Shown here: positions 1-12,533 of the stretch, piece after piece
How positions within the stretch are numbered: position 1 is the stretch's first letter
Layout of the letters: the number at the start of each line of letters is the position of its first letter
From: Haliotis cracherodii
Taxonomy: Eukaryota
Assembly (NCBI RefSeq): GCF_022045235.1
Contig: NW_027266271.1
Span: 124,001 to 188,000, forward strand
DNA length: 64,000 nucleotides
Reading direction: 5' to 3'
Made by a program: the position numbers and the translations under genes
The notes under the pieces: generated by a model
The model's input: only the letters and a program-made list of their open reading frames with translations
Databases searched by the model: none
What the model was told of the DNA's origin: nothing

Positions 1-2810
1 TTTTGTTACTAACATTGTTTGATCTGCACACGATATTACAGCAGTTTTCTCACTAACATTGTTTGATCTGCACACGATATTACAGCAGTTTTGTCACTAA
101 CATTGTTTGATCTGCACACGATATTACAGCAATTTTGTCACTAACATTGTTTGATCTGGACACGATATTACAGCAGTTTTGTCACTAACATTGTTTGATC
201 TGCACACGATATTACAGCAATTTTGTCACTAACATTGTTTGATCTGCACACGATATTACAGCAATTTTGTCACTAACATTGTTTGATCTGCACACGATAT
301 TACAGCAGTTTTGTCACTAACATTGCTTGGTCTGCACACGATATTACAGTAGTTTTGTTACTAACATTGTTTGATCTGCACACGATATTATGACAGTTTG
401 CCACTAACATTGTTTGGTCTGCACACGATATTACAGCAGTTTTCTTACTAACATTGTTTGATCTGCACACGATATTACAGCAGTTTTGTTACTAACATTG
501 TTTGATCTGCACACGATATTACAGCAGTTTTCTCACTAACATTGTTTGATCTGCACACGATATTACAGCAGTTTTGTCACTAACATTGTTTGATCTGCAC
601 ACGATATTACAGCAATTTTGTCACTAACATTGTTTGATCTGCACACGATATTACAGCAGTTTTGTCACTAACATTGTTTGATCTGCACACGATATTACAG
701 CAATTTTGTCACTAACATTGTTTGATCTGCACACGATATTACAGCAATTTTGTCACTAACATTGTTTGATCTGCATACGATATTACAGCAGTTTTGTCAC
801 TAACATTGCTTGGTCTGCACACGATATTACAGTAGTTTTGTTACTAACATTGTTTGATCTGCACACGATATTATGACAGTTTGCCACTAACATTGTTTGG
901 TCTGCACACGATATTACAGCAGTTTTCTTACTAACATTGTTTGATCTGCACACGATATTACAGCAGTTTTGTTACTAACATTGTTTGATCTGCACACGAT
1001 ATTACAGCAGTTTTCTCACTAACATTGTTTGATCTGCACACGATATTACAGCAGTTTTGTCACTAACATTGTTTGATCTGCACACGATATTACAGCAATT
1101 TTGTCACTAACATTGTTTGATCTGCACACGATATTACAGCAATTTTGTCACTAACATTGTTTGATCTGCACACGATATTACAGCAGTTTTGTCACTAACA
1201 TTGCTTGGTCTGCACACGATATTACAGTAGTTTTGTTACTAACATTGTTTGATCTGCACACGATATTATGACAGTTTGCCACTAACATTGTTTGGTCTGC
1301 ACACGATATTACAGCAGTTTTCTTACTAACATTGTTTGATCTGCACACGATATTACAGCAGTTTTGTTACTAACATTGTTTGATCTGCACACGATATTAC
1401 AGCAGTTTTCTCACTAACATTGTTTGATCTGCACACGATATTACAGCAGTTTTGTCACTAACATTGTTTGATCTGCACACGATATTACAGCAATTTTGTC
1501 ACTAACATTGTTTGATCTGCACACGATATTACAGCAGTTTTGTCACTAACATTGTTTGATCTGCACACGATATTACAGCAGTTTTGTCACTAACATTGTT
1601 TGATCTGCACACGATATTACAGCAGTTTTGTCACTAACATTGTTTGATCTGCACACGATATTACAGCAATTTTGTCACTAACATTGTTTGATCTGCACAC
1701 GATATTACAGCAGTTTTCTCACTGACGTTGTTTGATCTGCACACGATATTACAGCAGTTTTGTCACTAACATTGTTTGATCTGCACACGATATTATGACA
1801 GTTTGTCACTAACATTATTTGATCTGCACACGATATTACAGCAGTTTTGTCACTAACATTGTTTGATCTGCACACAATATTATGACAGTTCTGTCACTAA
1901 CATTGTTTGATCTGCACACGATATTACAGCAGTTTTGTCACTAACATTGTTTGATCTGCACATGATATTACAGCAGTTTTGTCACTAACATTGTTTGATC
2001 TGCACACGATATTACAGCAATTTTGTCACTAACATTGTTTGATCTGCACACGATATTACAGCAGTTTTGTCACTAACATTGCTTGATCTGCACACGATAT
2101 TACAGTAGTTTTGTTACTAACATTGTTTGATCTGCACACGATATTATGACAGTTTGCCACTAACATTGTTTGGTCTGCACACGATATTACAGCAGTTTTG
2201 TTACTAACATTGTTTGATCTGCACACGATATTACAGCAGTTTTGTTACTAACATTGTTTGATCTGCACACGATATTACAGCAGTTTTCTCACTAACATTG
2301 TTTGATCTGCACACGATATTACAGCAGTTTTGTCACTAACATTGTTTGATCTGCACACGATATTACAGCAATTTTGTCACTAACATTGTTTGATCTGCAC
2401 ACGATATTACAGCAGTTTTGTTACTAACATTGTTTGATCTGCACACGATATTACAGCAGTTTTGTTACTAACATTGTTTGATCTGCACACGATATTACAG
2501 CAGTTTTCTCACTAACATTGTTTGATCTGCACATGATATCACAGCAGTTTTGTCACTAACATTGTTTGATCTGCACACGATATTACAGCAGTTTGTCACT
2601 AACATTGTTTGATCTGCACACGATATTACAGCAGTTTTGTCACTAACATTGTTTGATCTGCACACGATATTACAGCAGTTTTGTCACTGACGTTGTTTGA
2701 TCTGCACACGATATTACAGCAGTTTTGTCACTGACATTGTTTGAGGTGCACACAATATTATGAGAGTTCTGTGACTGACGTTGCTTGGTCTGTTCACGAT
2801 ATTATGGCAG
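1..2810. repeat. 44-bp tandem satellite (TTTTGTCACTAACATTGTTTGATCTGCACACGATATTACAGCAG), >60 copies, runs off the window start
   Basis: Direct 44-bp periodicity with high identity; decays at ~2740-2810. Confidence 0.98.
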
Positions 2811-4149
2811 TTTTTGACTATCTGCAAAAAAAACACACTACCGTCAAGTATGTTACCGCGGTCGTGATCAGGCTGGAATACACGATATGGGAAACAGATG
2901 TTTTAATGTTGAGACAGAACTTGTGTTTGGCTTTACATGTTATTTCGGCGGTAATTTGTTGAGATCACTCATGGCTTCTTGAAAATGACTGCGTTATAGC
3001 GGGAGCTTCTGTAGTGAGATACCACATCAGTGAGTGTCTGCGTGCAGGATTTCTGCTGACTCAAGACGACTGCCATGACGATAAGGGCCCCCACAACACG
3101 TCTGTACTTGTGCACGGATAATACAGGCCGCAGTTCAGTATTATTCAGGTCAAGTGCGTTGTTGTCATCTGAAGGGTCATATGCCGTCGCCGTGATATTT
3201 TCCTGTGAGCCTCGTCCATTGGTCGTAGCTAGATTCATTCGGTAAGTACCTGACTTCCTATAATAACGCCAGGAAAACATATATCCAAGAATCGAATATG
3301 TTGTATAATTATGGTAGTCACGTGTTGCTTTGATAGAAGAAGGCGTGGTGCAATAGCAGAGAGAAGCCCCGCACTATAACGAGAACAAAGTCACGCCTCT
3401 CATATCTTTTGTTTAAACCATTATGTGGGCTAGTTCAATTCATGTCTGTGTGAGGGGCATTCTCTATTTAACCCTTAAGTGAAAACCCATATCCCACAAA
3501 AGTGCGTATGTTATAAGATTACAACATTACGCGGTAATGTCATTTGATCGTGTTTTACCAGCAGAGTCGGATGTAGTCACTCGAACGCTATCCTTACAGA
3601 CATGCATAACTCATCTCGCGTTTCACTTCACTCACCACTTATTATCAAGGTAAATTATATTACGATAAGTAATAGTAAAGCGGAATTTTAATGTTACCTG
3701 TATGATTTTATACTAGTTTCCCACTTAACACTTTTGTGTCATGTTTTTGGAATGAATATTTACTATGACAAAAAAGCGTTGAAACATCACCTTGGCCATA
3801 CGTTCTTATTCTTTACGAGATTAATACCGAAGTTAATACTGTTAAGTTAGCGATGTTTTAAGAATTTTCAGTAACCAAATTATTGCATCCGAACTTTCAA
3901 ATCTAACACATTCTTGTAATTTATTAGGTCTCCAGCTTGAGAATCTGCTTCTTCTGATAGGCACTGGTGGGTTGTTGCTGACCAATTGAGACGATTTCTG
4001 TACTGACAGCCTTATTATAGCCTCTTATAGGCTGATGCTTTCCCTATTTGGATGTAATATTTCAGTTGCAGTTGTATAGTTGGTTTTAAGTCAATAGGTT
4101 TGTGAACAGAAACTTCATTGACTGGCAAAAAACGATCAGTGGTATTGGG

Positions 4150-4500
4150 TATATGCCTCAGGGCCTTTTTTCTTCATCGGTTCCAGCCACAGATATCTTG
4201 AAAACAACATTGAGAGTTATAAGGTGGTACTTGACACCATCATTGTCAGAAGCAATACATCTGTCCATATCTCACCAAGCCTTCAAACCTGGAGTCACCA
4301 ATCCGTTCGCTTGAGCTTGTACCTCCATGTCCTCTAGGGCGAATAGGCATCTACGGAAACAATCCTTTTCTTAATGTGATGTGATCCTCTTTCAAATTTG
4401 TTCTCCGTTTTTACATTGTGATATAGTTTAATAGGTCCAGAAAAGGAAGCGGGGTGTTTTAGATTAACGTAAATACTGGACAAATACTCCCCCCATCCCC
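4150..4500 (-). pseudogene. Degenerate N-terminal fragment of a Polinton/Maverick-type retroviral-like (rve) integrase
   Basis: Manual minus-strand translation across stops and frameshifts: EYLSSIYVNLKHPASFSGPIKLY...IKKRIVSVDAYS...DNDGVKYHLITLNV...SRYLWLEPMKKK. This resembles the Polinton integrase pattern (HPASFSG..KLY, QDAY, NDGVKYLL..IDVFSRYLW..PLK). Confidence 0.7.
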
Positions 4501-5164
4501 CAGCGTGCATGATGCAACTATAACTGATAATAAACCTTTCCTACGGGTATTCATGTTAAAGAGAGGCTTATAAAGGGATATTTCTGTTTATTCGATTACA
4601 TTGCTTATTGAACACGTATGAAAACAAAGGTTAGGTTTAATATTAATCCATTTAATAAAAGCATTATTCATGTCATGCGACCAGGTCCATTCAAAGACTG
4701 GATACCCAGTTATTGCGTCACGCTTCGTACAGCTGGCGAACTTTTTATAGCGTGACGTCTCCCCGGCTGGTCCATCTTCAACCAATCAGAATGCGCGGCT
4801 TCTAAAGGGTTCATTAGCTCCCGATGTACCACTCTCGTTTCCCTATCATCAGACATAACTCAGGTCTAATGAGAAGTCTCTCGAGTTCCTCTTTCTGCCC
4901 CCACCGTGTATCAAAGTTTACATAGTAAAAACGTTTTCTGTCCAGTAACATTTGTGAACACATTGTCGACCGTGTTAGTTAAGAAGGTTAAGAAGTGTAG
5001 CTAAACTTACGTGTTTTCTTTAAAATGAGTCTATGTTCAATCCTCGGCCTACAGTACGGACAGGAAGGGAAGGTTCAGGTTCGGTATCCGACGTTGTTAA
5101 CACACATATATGAGTGACTGACATCATTGTTGTATCAGGTTACGACATTCGATATTAACAATTA

Positions 5165-5187
5165 TATGTTTTTAATTTTTATTACAG
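5165..5187 (+). promoter_or_regulatory. Probable 3' splice acceptor opening the fucosyltransferase coding exon (exon would start at 5188)
   Basis: T-rich tract followed by ATTACAG|G, 354 nt upstream of the ATG. Confidence 0.55.
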
Positions 5188-5541
5188 GTGAAAAGACCAA
5201 TTTGTTTCCTGAATGATATGAACACATTGATTGTGTGAGAATATAATGCTGAAACATCCAAAATAGTGGCCATGGTAAGAGAGGAGACCAGGACCTGACA
5301 CTCAGGCACATTCAAGTTTTACTGAAGCTCAAATTTTATATCAGCGTTTGCACTATTATATCAGAGTGTATGGTTTAAGGTGGCTCCTTGACACGATCGT
5401 CTGATCAACCCACACAAACTTGAAACACCTACCCATCGCTTACATGAACGTTCGGTGTCTATGGTATTCTGAGCCACATAGCGCAGATCTAGATTCTATG
5501 GTTAAGTGCAATAAATTATTGTATTCCAATTCAAGAAAATA

Positions 5542-6630
5542 ATGAGACGAAAATACTATTTACTTGGGACTTTTGTAATTATCATGATTATCATTGCTTT
5601 CATGAAACGTAAACCCACAGATAGACGGGAATGGGACCCGCATTATCTAATTAGTAAACCCCGTAAAGGAGGGGGACCGTATGTGAGACATTTTCATGGA
5701 AACATTAGACGCGGTGCAGCACCCCCAATATCAATACTTCTGTGGACGCCATGGTTCAAGGATGTCAATTGGGCGGCGAATTTCTCAACAATATTCGATA
5801 TGTGTGATTATAAATGTCATTTGACCAAGGACAAAACACGTCTGCGGGAAAGTCAAGCAGTTTTGTTTCATGCTCAAGACTTGGACATTCTGCCCCTGCA
5901 TCGCCTATCAAACCAAGTGTGGATATTTCATACTAGAGAAGCTCCGCCGAATGCAGCAGACAATTTTGACAAATATGCCAATATTTTTAACTGGACCAGT
6001 ACATATAGACGTGACAGTGAAGTGTATTCGGCATATGGTGGAACATTTAGAAGAGAATTTCCAAATCGTGGTGTGAAAAACTTCGCAAGTACAAAAAGCC
6101 TCGGTGTGGCATGGGTAGCGAGCAATTGTAATGACCAGGCGAAACGGGCAAACCTTGTGAGGGAACTGAGGAAATTCATTCATATTGACACCTTTGGAGA
6201 CTGTGGTGAAATGAATCTCACAGCAGACAAAACGGACCAAGTATTGAAACACTATAAGTTTTATCTGGCCTTTGAGAATAGCTACTGTCGCGACTATATC
6301 ACAGAAAAATTCTGGTCGTCCCTGCATAGACACCAGATACCTATAGTATCGGGAGGGGGTGATTACACTCGCGTTGCCCCACCACACTCCTTTATCAACG
6401 TTCTAGAGTACCGAAGTACAGAGGAACTGGCAGAATACATCAAATATCTAGATCAAAACGACCAAGCTTATAATGAATATCTTGAGTGGACAAGAGAATA
6501 TTATGTAAAGAAACTAAATCTGGACTCAGTGCTGTGTGATATTTGTACATCACTCCATATTGATATGAGGACTTCTCAGGTATATACTAACCTACAAGGT
6601 TATATGGAAGATGACATCTGCGGTAGATAG
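5542..6630 (+). CDS. Alpha-1,3-fucosyltransferase (glycosyltransferase family 10), type II Golgi membrane protein, 362 aa, uninterrupted CDS
   Basis: Basic N-tail plus transmembrane segment (MRRKYYLLGTFVIIMIIIAFM). GT10 motifs: ILLWTPW, AVLFH, FNWTSTYRRDSEV, WVASNC, IDTFGDCG, YKFYLAFENSYCRDYITEKFW, PPHSFINV, YNEYLEW. Confidence 0.95.
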   Translation: MRRKYYLLGTFVIIMIIIAFMKRKPTDRREWDPHYLISKPRKGGGPYVRHFHGNIRRGAAPPISILLWTPWFKDVNWAANFSTIFDMCDYKCHLTKDKTRLRESQAVLFHAQDLDILPLHRLSNQVWIFHTREAPPNAADNFDKYANIFNWTSTYRRDSEVYSAYGGTFRREFPNRGVKNFASTKSLGVAWVASNCNDQAKRANLVRELRKFIHIDTFGDCGEMNLTADKTDQVLKHYKFYLAFENSYCRDYITEKFWSSLHRHQIPIVSGGGDYTRVAPPHSFINVLEYRSTEELAEYIKYLDQNDQAYNEYLEWTREYYVKKLNLDSVLCDICTSLHIDMRTSQVYTNLQGYMEDDICGR

Positions 6631-7169
6631 TCCTACCTTTGATATCATTTGCGCGCCAACGAAATGATTACAGTGAGATATGAACCACTGAATAGCTATA
6701 TATTGATTCATGTATTATTCACAAACCATCTTTCTGGAATAATCCTGATTAGTTTGTCAATCCACGATACTTTATCCAAGTTTGACTGACACATGTCGTG
6801 CCGTTTCCAAGTATCGTATCAAAATACGTGCCTTAACCTGTGAAACGTTATCATATTTGACACTGTTGGATTAACAACATATTTCTTTCATTCTGCCATA
6901 TACATTCAATGATCAGAAAGTTGTATTTAGGATGATGAATGCAATGAGTATAAGGGGAATACTTCTATGAATACACAACTTCTTTATTACAATGAACTAC
7001 AATGATTGTGGCGTTTCGGTATAGACACACTTAGCAAGCAAGTGACATCATTATTTCTGTCCATCTTACTCCTTCTGCTCATCGTACAGTTGTGATTTAC
7101 TTGATTTCATTCTTTGTTTGTGTTTGGGGCCAGTACTTCAATGTTTCACAGTCTGTGATTAGAAGACTA

Positions 7170-7976
7170 TGGATCCTGTACCAACAAACCCAAAATGTTG
7201 ACGATTGATCCGAAACCAGGCTCTACGAAATCGAGCTCAAACGGCGAATATAATTGCTGCAAACTTTCATCAGGCAACTAGAGAAGGAGTTATGGGTCAG
7301 ACAGTGAGAATTTGTCTACATGCAGCTCATCTCCATGCTCGACGTCCACGTGTTGTGTCGACCTTTACATATCGCCACAGAAGTTGGTGTACACAACGTC
7401 GAAACGTCTTATCGTAACTCGTCAACTGTCACATTTTCATATGAGTTCCGATTCACTTTGCACTTCCTTGATAGGCGTGGTCATGTCTGGTGACGTCAAA
7501 ATGAACGTCAAGCTAATTTCAACTTGGGAACAAATGACAGATTTAGGGTTGGGTCGGTTATGGTGTGACCGAACCCCACTCCGTTTTGTGTAAGGAAGGG
7601 TCATTGGACAGTGCTATCAGGAAAAACATGCTGAGACCTCTTGTTGGTCGACGTTGTGTCTTGCAGGACGACAACCCGCGTGCTCACCGTGCGCGAATCG
7701 TAAATTTCAGCTCCAGCAGGATGGCATCCATACAAAGTCTATGTCAGCAACGAGCCCACCTCTTACCCTCATTGAACACGTCTGGGACATGAAGTATTGA
7801 TACTGAGTGACGTGTGCGTCAACGACATAGGAAGCTGAACACGTTGTTTGAACTTGGCCATACGCTGCAAGCGGAGTGGGACAGACTCCCTCAAATCGCC
7901 ATTGGGAGACTCATACGTAGTGTGCCTCGTCGATTGAGTGAATGTTTGGCAAATGGTGGCAGTATTTCGCACTACA
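7170..7976 (+). mobile_element. Degenerate Tc1-family transposase remnant
   Basis: Fragments in several frames: QTVRICLHAAHLHARRPR, ESRFTL, GSVMV, LQDDNPRAHRARIV, IEHVWD, LQAEWDRLPQIAIGRLIRSVPRRLSECLANGGSISHY. No clear TIR pair found. Confidence 0.88.
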
Positions 7977-8226
7977 GATCCAAAAATGTCAACTTTAAAA
8001 TTTCCAATGTCACCCCTTAAGTTCTTCAAGATCACTTGTAGTCATAGCATCTACTGTCATACTTCGCTTCCACTTGTAATTTGTTCCCAATGCGTATATT
8101 ATTATTATCATACAACTATTACTAGAAATTAAGATCTATTACAAATTTTTAAAGTTTAAGTAATTTCCGCGTATCCCCTACTGTTTTTATAGAGTATATA
8201 CACTCAATTGACAAAAAAAATTCCTC

Positions 8227-9228
8227 TGATTTAACTCATACATACAGAGGGCTGCTTGATTGGACTCCCACATACAGAAGGCTGCTTGATAGGTTGATTG
8301 GACCCATATATACAGAAAGCTGCTTGATTTGATGATTTGACTCATACATACAGAGGGCTGCTTGATTGGACTCATACATACAGAGGGCTGCTTCATTGGT
8401 TGATTTAACTCATACATACAGACGGCTGCTTGATTGTACTCATACATACAGAGGATCGCTTCATTGGTTGATTGGACTCATACATACAGAGGGCAGATAC
8501 ATTAGTTGATTTAGCTCAAACATACATAAGGCTGTTTGGTTGGTTGATTTAACTCTTACATACAGAGAGCTGCTTGTTTGGTTGATTGGACTCACAGAAA
8601 CAGAGGTCTGCTTGATTGGTTGATTTGACTCATGCATACCGAGGGGTGCTTGACTGGACTCATACATACCGAGGACTGCTTGCTTGGCTGATTGAACTCA
8701 TACATACAGAGGGTTGCTTGATTGGTTGATTTAACTCATACATACAGAGGGCTGCTTGATTGGTTGATTGAACTCATGCGTACCGAGGGCTGCTTGGCCG
8801 GACTCATACATACAGGGGGATGCTTGATTTGTTGATTTAACTCATACATACAAAGGGCTGATTGATTGATTGCTTGGGTTCATATACTAGTATACAGAGG
8901 GCTGCTTGATTGGTTGATTGGACTCATACATACAGAGGGCTGCTTGATTGGTTGATTGAATTCATGCATACCGAGGGCTGCTTGACCGGACTCATACATA
9001 CAGGGGGATACTTGATTTGTTGATTTAAGTCATACATACAAAGGGCTGATTGATTGATTGATTGGGCTCATATATACAGAGGGCTGCTTGATTGGTTGAT
9101 TGGACTCATAGAAACGGAGGGCTGCTTGATTTCTTCATTGGACTCATACATACAGAGAGATGCTTCATTGGTTGATTGAACTCATACATACAGAGGGCTA
9201 CTTTATTGGTTGATTTAACAGATACATA
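8227..9228. repeat. ~38-bp (30-38 bp variants) degenerate minisatellite (TTGATTGGTTGATTTAACTCATACATACAGAGGGCTGC)
   Basis: Visible tandem periodicity. Confidence 0.93.
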
Positions 9229-10496
9229 CATCCAGCATTTAGTGTTGTCTTGTTTAAGTATGCCAGTCTGCTCTGTGTAATACAAACATGTATCCAGCAT
9301 TTGGTGTTTGCTAGTTGATAAATGTCAGTCTGCTCTGTGTAATACAAACATGTATCCAGCATTTAGTGGTGTTCAGTTTATGAATGTCAATCTGCTTTGT
9401 GTAATACAAACATCTATCCAGCATTTTGTGTTCTTATGTCTATGAATGTCAATCTGCTCTGTGTAATACAAACATCTATCCAGCATTTTGTGTTGTTTAG
9501 TCTATGAATGTCAATCTGCTTTGTGTAATACAAACATGTATCCAGCATTTGGTGTTTGTTAGTTTATTTATGTCCTTCTTTTCTGTGTAATACTAACATG
9601 TATTCAGCATTTTGTGTTGTTTAGTCTATGAATGTCAATCTGCTTTGTGTAATACAAACATGTATCCAGCATTTCGTGTTGTTTAGTTTATGAATGTCAT
9701 ATTGCTCTTTGTAATACAAACATGTATCCAGCATTTTTTGTTGTTAGGTCTATGAATGTCAGTCTGCTCTTTGTAATACAAACATGTATTCAGCATTTTG
9801 TGTTGTTTAGTTTATGAATGTTGTTCTCCTCTGTGTAATACAAACATGTATCCACCATTTGGTAATTGCTAGTTTATGTATGTCAGTCTGCTCTGTGTAA
9901 TACAAACATGTATCCAGCATTTTGTGTTGTTGAGTTTATGAATGTCAGTCTGTTCTGTGTAATATAAACATGTATCCAGCATTTTGTGTTGTTTAGTCTA
10001 TGAATGTCAGCCTGATCTGTGTAATACAAACATGTATCCAGCATTTTGCGTTGTTTAGTTTATGAATGTCAATCTGCTGTGTAATACAAACATGTATCCA
10101 GGATTTTTTTGTTTTTTAGTTTATGAATGTCGTTCTGCTCTGTGTAATACAAACATGTATCCAGCATTTTGTATTGTTTAGTTCATGAATGTCTGTCTGC
10201 TCTGTGTAATATAAACATGTATCCAGCATTTAGTGTTGTTTAGTTTATGAATGTCAGTCTGCTCTTTGTAATACAAACATGTATCCAGTATTTTGTGTTG
10301 TTTAGTCTGTGAATGTCAGTCTGATCTGTGTAATACAAACATGTATCCAGCATTTTGCGTTGTTTAGTTTATAAATGTCAATCTGCTCTGTGTAATACAA
10401 ACATGTATCCAGCATTTTGTGTTGTTTAGTTTTTGAATGCCAATCTGCTTTATGTAATACAAACATGTATCCAGCATTTCGTGTTGTTTAGTTTAT
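9229..10496. repeat. 62-bp satellite, left arm (AAACATGTATCCAGCATTTTGTGTTGTTTAGTTTATGAATGTCAGTCTGCTCTGTGTAATAC)
   Basis: 62-bp periodicity; interrupted mid-unit by the Ngaro insertion. Confidence 0.97.
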
Positions 10497-10964
10497 TGAA
10501 ACACACACCGCCCGAAAGGCCTGAAAGGACATGTTGCCCAGGCAGGCCAAATAAATAAGAGGAGAATATATTTGGTGAAAGGTCTAGGTGAGGCAGTACT
10601 TGTTGGTATTTAAGCAAAGGTAGTTAAATGGGCAGCTTGAGTTGCCAGCAGCAGCAGCAGCAGCAGCGATGGGCGACCAGTTACGCCAGCAACAATAGCG
10701 GTAAGAAAATAATACATGTCCCGTTGAAAAGCGGGCAGAAATTGAATAAGCCAAAAAGTTGGAATCCCAACCGCTGATGAGCAGAGGGATGGAAGGTTCC
10801 CGCTGAAGAGCAGGAGCCTATAAATTTGGTGATATGAATGACATGTAAAATATAGCATACATTAATTGTGCCCACAAGTACTATGCCAAAGCACGAACGT
10901 GCATAGCCCACCAAGAGCTAAAACCAAACTGAATGTAAGGACCTTACCCTGACAAAAGCGGAAG

Positions 10965-11503
10965 TTATTTACGAAATAACTTTACAGCTGCCAAGAGATT
11001 GTTGACAAAGAGCCGCTGATCTTTATTGGAGAGATGGACGCCATCCCAAATGTACATATCACTACTAGTATATATGTCCCGGATGGCTTGGTGGTGAATC
11101 TGAATACCTCCGAGCTCCCTAACTCGGTTGCCGACACGCCGGTTGAGGGTCGACCTGGCCTTGTCGATGGCGGAGTAAGAATGTGCCCCCATCCAGTGCC
11201 TCCTCGGCAGTATGTTTGATCAGATGATTTTGGTTGATGGCATCAGCAGCTGTATCCGGAGAAGGGACGTATTAATTTCAAGGTACAGAGCGCTTGATTA
11301 GGTCGCGACCAGGTCGTTGGACCCGAGGTGGATAATTATGGCTTTGGGATGTTTCCGTGTGGCCATTTGTGCCTCCACCTCCTTGTTAAGATCCTCCCAT
11401 CTGCGGCCACCTCTCCCCAGCCACAAACAATCAGTTGGGCGCGTATGATGCCGGGAAACAAACTGGTCGGCCCTCGCAATGTAGCTTGATCCTACTATCA
11501 CTA
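10965..11503 (-). pseudogene. SGNH/GDSL-type hydrolase ORF of the Ngaro element; two in-frame stops (11298-11300, 11220-11222); no initiating ATG
   Basis: One frame holds block I VIVGSS, block II GRGG, block III HLGSND and block V DGVHL. ORF-track entries 11298-11501 and 10965-11192 are in the same frame. Confidence 0.88.
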
Positions 11504-11566
11504 CTGCAACATAAAATAGTTAATAAGGGGTGGGAATAGAAAACATGGTTATGTTATGAAATAATA

Positions 11567-12533
11567 CTAATGCGGAAGACGAATATAAGATTTATAGCAA
11601 TCTGAACCCCCATCTACCCAGCTGTTGGATTACTTCCTCGCTCACGCCATTTACTGCTGCCGATGTAGCGGCGCCTATCCGAAAAGAGTGTGACGAGAAC
11701 TCTGAAGTATCAACGCCACTATGAGCGAGAGCTTTTTTCAAGACAGCCTGAAATTGATATCTGGTAACAGGTGTATGGTTAAAATGAACAAATGCCTGTG
11801 TAGGACCGAGAGGACGTATCTGCAGATAATCCGACATGGCCTTGACTGGACAGAGAGGGTGGGAGGGTAGCGCGGCAATAGAGATAGAGACGCCCTTTCC
11901 GGATCTGTCGGCTTTTGAATGCCGGAGTTTGAAGATTACGTCAGCAACTCGCAGAGAGATATCTTGAATGGCGATTCCCGGCTGCCCTAACCTGCCCTGT
12001 ATCAGCTCACCTACTCTGAAAAATCCGAAAAAAGCGGCACAATACGCTGCTGAGAAAAGACGAAATTCATAGGCGGAATTACAAACAAAACGCAAGTTAG
12101 AGATAATTAATTGATGAAGATCAGATGTGATCGGTTTCCGAGTATCTTGGCGGGAACGCCTCTTAGACATGCCGGAAATAACTTTGTTGATGAGGAAATT
12201 GTCGCAACAGTGTACAAGGCCATTTAATTTATGATATGTTGCTATTGAAGAAATATAGGTTCTGACTGTATTGATAGAGCATTGTCTCACAGACATTGAA
12301 GCAATAAAATGAACAATGTGACTTATCGGAACTGGCCATTCATCCCTCAGATCGTGGGTAGACCGGAAGTGCTGAAATGCTGTTAGACCCGTTTGGTAAG
12401 TTGACCAAGTATTGCTTGTAAAAGACAGCCGTAGCAGTCTCATGGCTTCAGCTTCTAAATCCCCCAAATGTCGTCTGGCAGCGGTGTCTGGTGGTGGTCT
12501 GCAGTTGGAGCTACTTGTCGGAAGCGATCCCAC
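11567..12533 (-). pseudogene. Tyrosine recombinase of the Ngaro element, frameshifted just before the catalytic Tyr
   Basis: FFGFFRVGEL, HSKAD, CPV, SHSFRIGAAT, LGRW. The alternative frame continues SDCYKSYIRLPH* (stop at 11567-11569). Confidence 0.92.

Noticed and set aside
2969-3280. 103-aa minus-strand ORF with a short hydrophobic stretch
   Set aside because: No recognisable domain or convincing splice sites; cannot be supported without homology or expression data.
5870-6387. Overlapping and antisense ORFs within the fucosyltransferase gene
   Set aside because: Shadow ORFs of the real CDS.
6940-8185. Candidate TIRs for the first Tc1 remnant (TAAGGGGAATAC vs GTATCCCCTACTG)
   Set aside because: The match is too short and degenerate to define element ends.
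10771-10814. Hammerhead ribozyme suggested by CTGATGAG / CTGAAGAG
   Set aside because: No stem II followed by GAAA and no stem III or cleavage triplet; the motif is antisense to the element and better explained as sense-strand hairpins.
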